Assembly: GCA_963703195.1 (NCBI GenBank)
Contig: OY969797.1
Location: forward strand, 2,127,569 to 2,191,568
Length of the DNA: 64,000 nucleotides
DNA from: an uncultured Alphaproteobacteria bacterium
GTDB lineage: Bacteria > Pseudomonadota > Alphaproteobacteria > Rhodobacterales > Rhodobacteraceae
Direction: 5' to 3'
In this document: positions 59,635 through 64,000 of the stretch, one piece after another
Numbering within the stretch: position 1 is the stretch's first letter
Layout: every line of letters starts with the position of its first letter
Made by a program: the position numbers and the translations under genes
The notes under the pieces: model-generated
The model's input: only the letters and a program-made list of their open reading frames with translations
The model's database searches: none
Told to the model about the DNA's origin: nothing

Positions 59635-60394
59635 TCTCGGACCGCTCGCCGCCATCACGGCGGGCAGCGGGACGGACATCGTGCTGCTGCACGGCGTGGG
59701 CCTGCGGGCGGAGGCTTGGGGCGCGCAGCTCGACGTACTGGCCCGCGTCGGTCGGGTCACGGCGGTCGACCTGCCCGGCCACGGGCAGAGCGCGCGACTG
59801 CCCGGCGCGCCCACGCTGACCGCCTTCACGGACAGTGTCGCGGGCCTGCTGGACGCGCCCGCGGTCGTGATCGGCCACTCCTTCGGTGCGATGATCGCGC
59901 TGGATCTCGCGGTGCGCCATCCGGCAAAGGTGCGCGCCGTGGCTGCACTCAACGCCATCCATCGCCGGAGCGCGCGGGCCGCGCAAGCGGTAAGGTTGCG
60001 CGCCCAGAGCCTTGACGGCATCACCGTCGCAAACCCCGAACCGACGCTCATGCGGTGGTTCGGAGCAGAGCTGAGCCCGCAGCGCGCGTCCTGTGCGCAG
60101 TGGTTGCGCACCGTCGATCCGGCAGGCTACCGCGCCGCCTACGGCGTATTTGCCGCGGAAGACGGCTCGAACGAGGACGCGCTGCGGCGGCTCGCTTGTC
60201 CCGCCCTCTTCGTGACCGGCGCGCTGGAGCCCAACTCCACCCCCGCGATGTCGCACGCCATGGCCGGGCTCGCACCGTTGGGCCGCGCGGAAATACTCGG
60301 CGGGGCCGCGCATATGCTGCCGATGACCCACGCCGATGCGCTCGAGCCGCATTTGCTCGACCTCATCAGACAGACCGCTTCATGCCTGCCCTGA
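59606..60394 (+). CDS. Alpha/beta hydrolase (TgnD-like)
   Basis: LLHGVG, DLPGHG, GHSFG, HM. Confidence 0.88.
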   Translation: MIWTTRPRSDLGPLAAITAGSGTDIVLLHGVGLRAEAWGAQLDVLARVGRVTAVDLPGHGQSARLPGAPTLTAFTDSVAGLLDAPAVVIGHSFGAMIALDLAVRHPAKVRAVAALNAIHRRSARAAQAVRLRAQSLDGITVANPEPTLMRWFGAELSPQRASCAQWLRTVDPAGYRAAYGVFAAEDGSNEDALRRLACPALFVTGALEPNSTPAMSHAMAGLAPLGRAEILGGAAHMLPMTHADALEPHLLDLIRQTASCLP

Positions 60395-60421
60395 CATCCC
60401 GACCCTGAAAGGATCCGAGCC

Positions 60422-61456
60422 ATGGATTTCTCCCTTTTCGCGCATATGGAGCGCATTTCGCCCGAGCAGGAGCAGAAGACCCTGCGCCACGAACTCATCA
60501 CGCTCGCGCAGATGGCCGATGAGGGCGGCATGCGCGCGATCTGGACGGGCGAGCATCATGGGATGGATTTCACCATCGCGCCCAACCCCTTCCTCAGCCT
60601 TGTCGATCTGAGCCATCACACCAAGAACCTGCGCCTCGGCACGGGGACGGTGATCGCGCCTTTCTGGCATCCCATCGCACTGGCGGGTGAAGCGGCAGCG
60701 GCGGATCTGATGACCGACGGGCGGATCGAGCTCGGGATCGCGCGAGGTGCTTATTCCTACGAATACGAGCGCCTGATGCCTGGCATGGACGCGTGGGAGG
60801 CAGGCGGGCGCATGCGCGAGACGACGCCCCTGCTGCGCCGTCTCTGGGCGGGCGATTGCGCGCATGAGGGGGCCTATTACCGCTTTCCCGCCACAACCGC
60901 CACACCCAAACCGGTGCAGGAGGGCGGGCCACCCATCTGGATCGCCGCACGCGATGCCAACAGCCACGCGTTCGGCGTCGAGAACGGCTGCAACATTCAG
61001 GTCACGCCCCTGTGGCAGGGGATGGAGGAGATTGAGAGCCTGATGGAGAAGTTCAACGACGCCTGCGCAGCCTTTGCAGGCCCCCGCCCGAAAATCATGC
61101 TGCTGCACCATACCTATGTCGGCGCCGATGCCGATGACGTCGGACAGGCGGCGCGTGAGCTTTCGCAATTCTACTGTTATTTCGGCGCATGGTTCCAGAA
61201 CAAGCGACCCGTCACCCAAGGCCTGATCGAGACGCTGAGCGCGCAGGAGATGGCCGCCAATGCGACAATGTCGCCTGCAAACATGCAGCGCGACCTGACC
61301 GTCGGCACAACGCGCGAGGTCATCGACAGGATCAAATGCTACGAGGATCTGGGCTATGACGAGTATTCATTCTGGATCGACAGCGGTATGAGTTTCGAGC
61401 GCAAGCGTGCCTCGCTCGCGCGTTTCATCGACGAAGTCATGCCCGCATTCACATGA
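60422..61456 (+). CDS. Luciferase-like flavin-dependent monooxygenase, TgnB (trigonelline oxygenase)-like
   Basis: FSLF.HMER, WTGEHH.M.FTIAPNPF, PFWHPI.LAGEAA, YSFWID.GMSFERK; resembles Acinetobacter TgnB as recalled. Confidence 0.85.
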   Translation: MDFSLFAHMERISPEQEQKTLRHELITLAQMADEGGMRAIWTGEHHGMDFTIAPNPFLSLVDLSHHTKNLRLGTGTVIAPFWHPIALAGEAAAADLMTDGRIELGIARGAYSYEYERLMPGMDAWEAGGRMRETTPLLRRLWAGDCAHEGAYYRFPATTATPKPVQEGGPPIWIAARDANSHAFGVENGCNIQVTPLWQGMEEIESLMEKFNDACAAFAGPRPKIMLLHHTYVGADADDVGQAARELSQFYCYFGAWFQNKRPVTQGLIETLSAQEMAANATMSPANMQRDLTVGTTREVIDRIKCYEDLGYDEYSFWIDSGMSFERKRASLARFIDEVMPAFT

Positions 61457-61464
61457 GGTCCGCC

Positions 61465-62943
61465 ATGCCCGAGCTTCCCCATTACCAGCTTTTCATCGAT
61501 GGCACCTGGTGCGAGGGACATGCAGGCCAGACCATGATGAGCGAGAACCCCGCGACCGGGCAGGACTGGGCCAGCTTCGCCTGCGCCGCACCGCAGGATG
61601 TGGACCGCGCCATCGCCGCCGCGCGCCGTGCGCTCGGCGATCCGGCGTGGCGTGATCTGAGCCAGACCGCGCGCGGCAGGCTTCTCTACCGGCTTGCCGA
61701 TCTGGTGGCGGAAGAGGCGCAGGCGCTGGGGCGCATCGAGACCACTGACAGCGGCAAGCTGCTTGCCGAAACGGCGGCCCAGACCGGATATGTCGCGGAG
61801 TACTACCGCTACTACGCCGGGCTCGCGGACAAGATCGAGGGCGCGGTCCTGCCCATCGACAAGCCCGACATGCATGTCTTCACCCGACGCGAGCCGATTG
61901 GCGTGGTGGCGGCCATCGTGCCATGGAACGCACAGATGTTCCTGACCGCGACAAAGCTGGGACCGGCACTCGCGGCGGGTTGTAGCGTGGTGCTCAAGGC
62001 CTCCGAAGTGGCGCCGGCACCGATGCTGGCGTTCGCCCGGCTGATCGAACGGGCGGGATTTCCCCCCGGTGTGGTCTCCGTCATCACCGGGGATGCGCAG
62101 AATTGCGCAATCCCGCTGACGCGGCATGGCGATGTGGACCGCATCGCCTTCACCGGCGGGCCGGAAACCGCACGCCATGTGGTGCGCAATTCGGCCGAGA
62201 GTTTCGCCGTCACCTCGCTGGAGCTGGGAGGAAAATCGCCGATACTGGTCTTCGAGGATGCCGATCTGGAAGGGGCAGCCAACGGGCTGATCGCGGGCAA
62301 TTTCGGCGCCTCGGGACAAAGCTGTGTCGCAGGCTCACGCGGGTTGGTGCAGCGGTCCGTGTTCGACGCGCTGGTGGCGCGGATCATCGATAAATCCGAA
62401 GGCATCGTCGTCGGGGACCCGCTGGAGGCGGCCACGCATATGGGTCCGCTCTGTACCTCTGCGCAGATCGACAAGATCACCGCCACGCTCGCCCGCGCCA
62501 CGGCGCAGGGCGCGCGCATCCGGCTGGGCGGCGCCCCGCTTGAGCGTTCCGGCAACTACATGCCGCCCACCTTGGTTGAATGCGCGAACGCGCGGACCGA
62601 AACACTGCTGGTGGAGATGTTCGGGCCGGTCATGTCGCTCCTGCCCTTCGACACAGAGGAGGAGGCGATCGCACTGGCCAATGACACGCCTTTCGGCCTC
62701 GGGTCCGGGCTTTTCACCCAGAACCTTGCGCGGGCGCACCGTGTCTCGGCGCAGCTCAAGGCGGGGATCTGCTGGGTCAATACCTACCGCGCGATCTCAC
62801 CCATCGCGCCTTTTGGCGGCTATGGTCAGTCGGGCTATGGCAGGGAGGCGGGGATCGACGCGGTGCACGATTACACCCGCACCAAGACCACATGGATCAA
62901 CACCTCCGACGCGCCGATGGCCAATCCCTTCGTGATGCGCTGA
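61465..62943 (+). CDS. Aldehyde dehydrogenase (TgnC-like)
   Basis: PWN, FTGG, LELGGKSP, SGQSCVAG, EMFGPV. Confidence 0.92.
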   Translation: MPELPHYQLFIDGTWCEGHAGQTMMSENPATGQDWASFACAAPQDVDRAIAAARRALGDPAWRDLSQTARGRLLYRLADLVAEEAQALGRIETTDSGKLLAETAAQTGYVAEYYRYYAGLADKIEGAVLPIDKPDMHVFTRREPIGVVAAIVPWNAQMFLTATKLGPALAAGCSVVLKASEVAPAPMLAFARLIERAGFPPGVVSVITGDAQNCAIPLTRHGDVDRIAFTGGPETARHVVRNSAESFAVTSLELGGKSPILVFEDADLEGAANGLIAGNFGASGQSCVAGSRGLVQRSVFDALVARIIDKSEGIVVGDPLEAATHMGPLCTSAQIDKITATLARATAQGARIRLGGAPLERSGNYMPPTLVECANARTETLLVEMFGPVMSLLPFDTEEEAIALANDTPFGLGSGLFTQNLARAHRVSAQLKAGICWVNTYRAISPIAPFGGYGQSGYGREAGIDAVHDYTRTKTTWINTSDAPMANPFVMR

Positions 62944-62946
62944 GGA

Positions 62947-63087
62947 TCAGTCGTCGTCGAGCAGGATGCGCGCGGCATTGCCCTGGTCGTCGTCATATTG
63001 GTCGGAGCGGACCGTCCAGAGGAACCCGACCAGCCCAATCGCGCCCAGAATGAGCGAAACCGGGATCAGCACCACCAGAACATTCAT
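62947..63087 (-). CDS. ccoS: cbb3-type oxidase maturation protein
   Basis: 46 aa, absent from the ORF track: MNVLVVLIPVSLILGAIGLVGFLWTVRSDQYDDDQGNAARILLDDD; overlaps the ccoI stop. Confidence 0.9.
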   Translation of the reverse strand: MNVLVVLIPVSLILGAIGLVGFLWTVRSDQYDDDQGNAARILLDDD

Positions 63088-64000
63088 CTTATCCACCTCA
63101 TGCGTTGCGCGTTGAGCAGTACCGTAATCGAAGAGAGCGACATCGCCAAGGCCGCCACCAGCGGCGTGACGTAGCCCGCCGCCGCTACCGGCACCGCGAT
63201 GAAGTTATAGACCGTGGCGATGGCGAAATTCTGGGTCGAGAGCATGTGCGTGGCCCGCGCCACCGCCAGCACCAGCGGCAGATCGGAAAAGCTGTCCTTG
63301 AGCACCACGACATCCGCCGCCGTCCGGGAGGCATCGAGCGCCGAGGCGGGCGCGATGGACGCATGGGCCCGGGCAAGGGCCGCGGTGTCGTTGAGCCCGT
63401 CACCCACCATCAGCACGTGACGCCCCCGGGCTGCCAGATCGTCGAGATGATCGAGCTTGTCGCCGGGCCGCGCGTCCCAGCGCACAGGCAGACCCAGCTG
63501 CGCCGCCAGCGCCTGCGCCGGTGCTGCGGTGTCGCCGGTAACCACTTCGCAGGGCAGATCGAGGCCATTCAAGGCATCTTCCACGCCCGCGCGCAGCGTT
63601 TCCGTAGCGGTGATCGCCACCGGTGGCGCGTCGCCGCGCCGGTAGCCGAAGCCTACGAACCCGGCATCCAGCCACGCCCCGCGCCCGAGCTTCACAGGCT
63701 CGCTTCCCGCGATGGCAGCGACCCCCTCGCCCGCGACTTCCGTGATTGCGCGCAGATCGGCGACATCGGTATCACCGAGGGCGGTCACGACCGCGCGCGA
63801 CATCGGGTGCTGAGACGCCTGCGCAAGCGCCTTGAGCACGGCGCGGTCGCGCGGCCCCAGATCCGCCGGTATCACCACCGCAGGACGCGTCAGCGTGCCG
63901 GTCTTGTCGAAGACGATGTGATCGACCTCCGCCAACCGCTCCAGCGCGGTGGCATGCTTGACCAGGATCCCGCGGGAAAAAAGCCTGCTGATCGCGGCGG
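63084..64000 (-). CDS. ccoI: Heavy-metal P1B ATPase CcoI/FixI, 5'-truncated by window edge
   Basis: FDKTGTLT, S.HP, VGDGLND, YN, AM..SS; directly upstream of ccoS. Confidence 0.9.
   Translation of the reverse strand, partial: AAISRLFSRGILVKHATALERLAEVDHIVFDKTGTLTRPAVVIPADLGPRDRAVLKALAQASQHPMSRAVVTALGDTDVADLRAITEVAGEGVAAIAGSEPVKLGRGAWLDAGFVGFGYRRGDAPPVAITATETLRAGVEDALNGLDLPCEVVTGDTAAPAQALAAQLGLPVRWDARPGDKLDHLDDLAARGRHVLMVGDGLNDTAALARAHASIAPASALDASRTAADVVVLKDSFSDLPLVLAVARATHMLSTQNFAIATVYNFIAVPVAAAGYVTPLVAALAMSLSSITVLLNAQRMRWIR

Overview
High-GC alphaproteobacterial chromosome segment, most likely Rhodobacteraceae/Roseobacter group judging from gene content. 1-16.2 kb: mostly housekeeping genes (5'-truncated Hint protein, solitary ectC, GST, oxidoreductases, GH25 lysozyme, doubly frameshifted GcvT-family dehydrogenase, ggt, MscS), ending at tRNA-Gln(TTG). 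16.2-27.8 kb: an eroding accessory tract (LysR relic; DUF1445/TRAP/pxpBC cluster with internally deleted pxpA; IS1-like relic; RHH regulator-esterase-C45 operon). 27.9-31.2 kb: ECF sigma/RskA/fasciclin/msrB/DUF4394 module. 31.6-58.1 kb is the most interesting region: a 2846-aa soluble hybrid kinase with 13 tandem GAF domains coupled to an Hpt and a REC-class III cyclase; an MCE transporter; a four-gene operon behind a perfect CtrA box (SMP-30 lactonase, catalase-like heme protein, uncharacterised protein, DyP), whose two heme enzymes have altered distal pockets; and a STAND-type cyclase divergent from an ABC-membrane/degenerate-NBD/cNMP-binding fusion. Both cyclases lack the adenine-specifying Lys. 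58-64 kb: a trigonelline-type (tgn-like) catabolic cluster with no flavin reductase, then ccoS and partial ccoI. All family calls come from motif recognition by eye; no searches were run.
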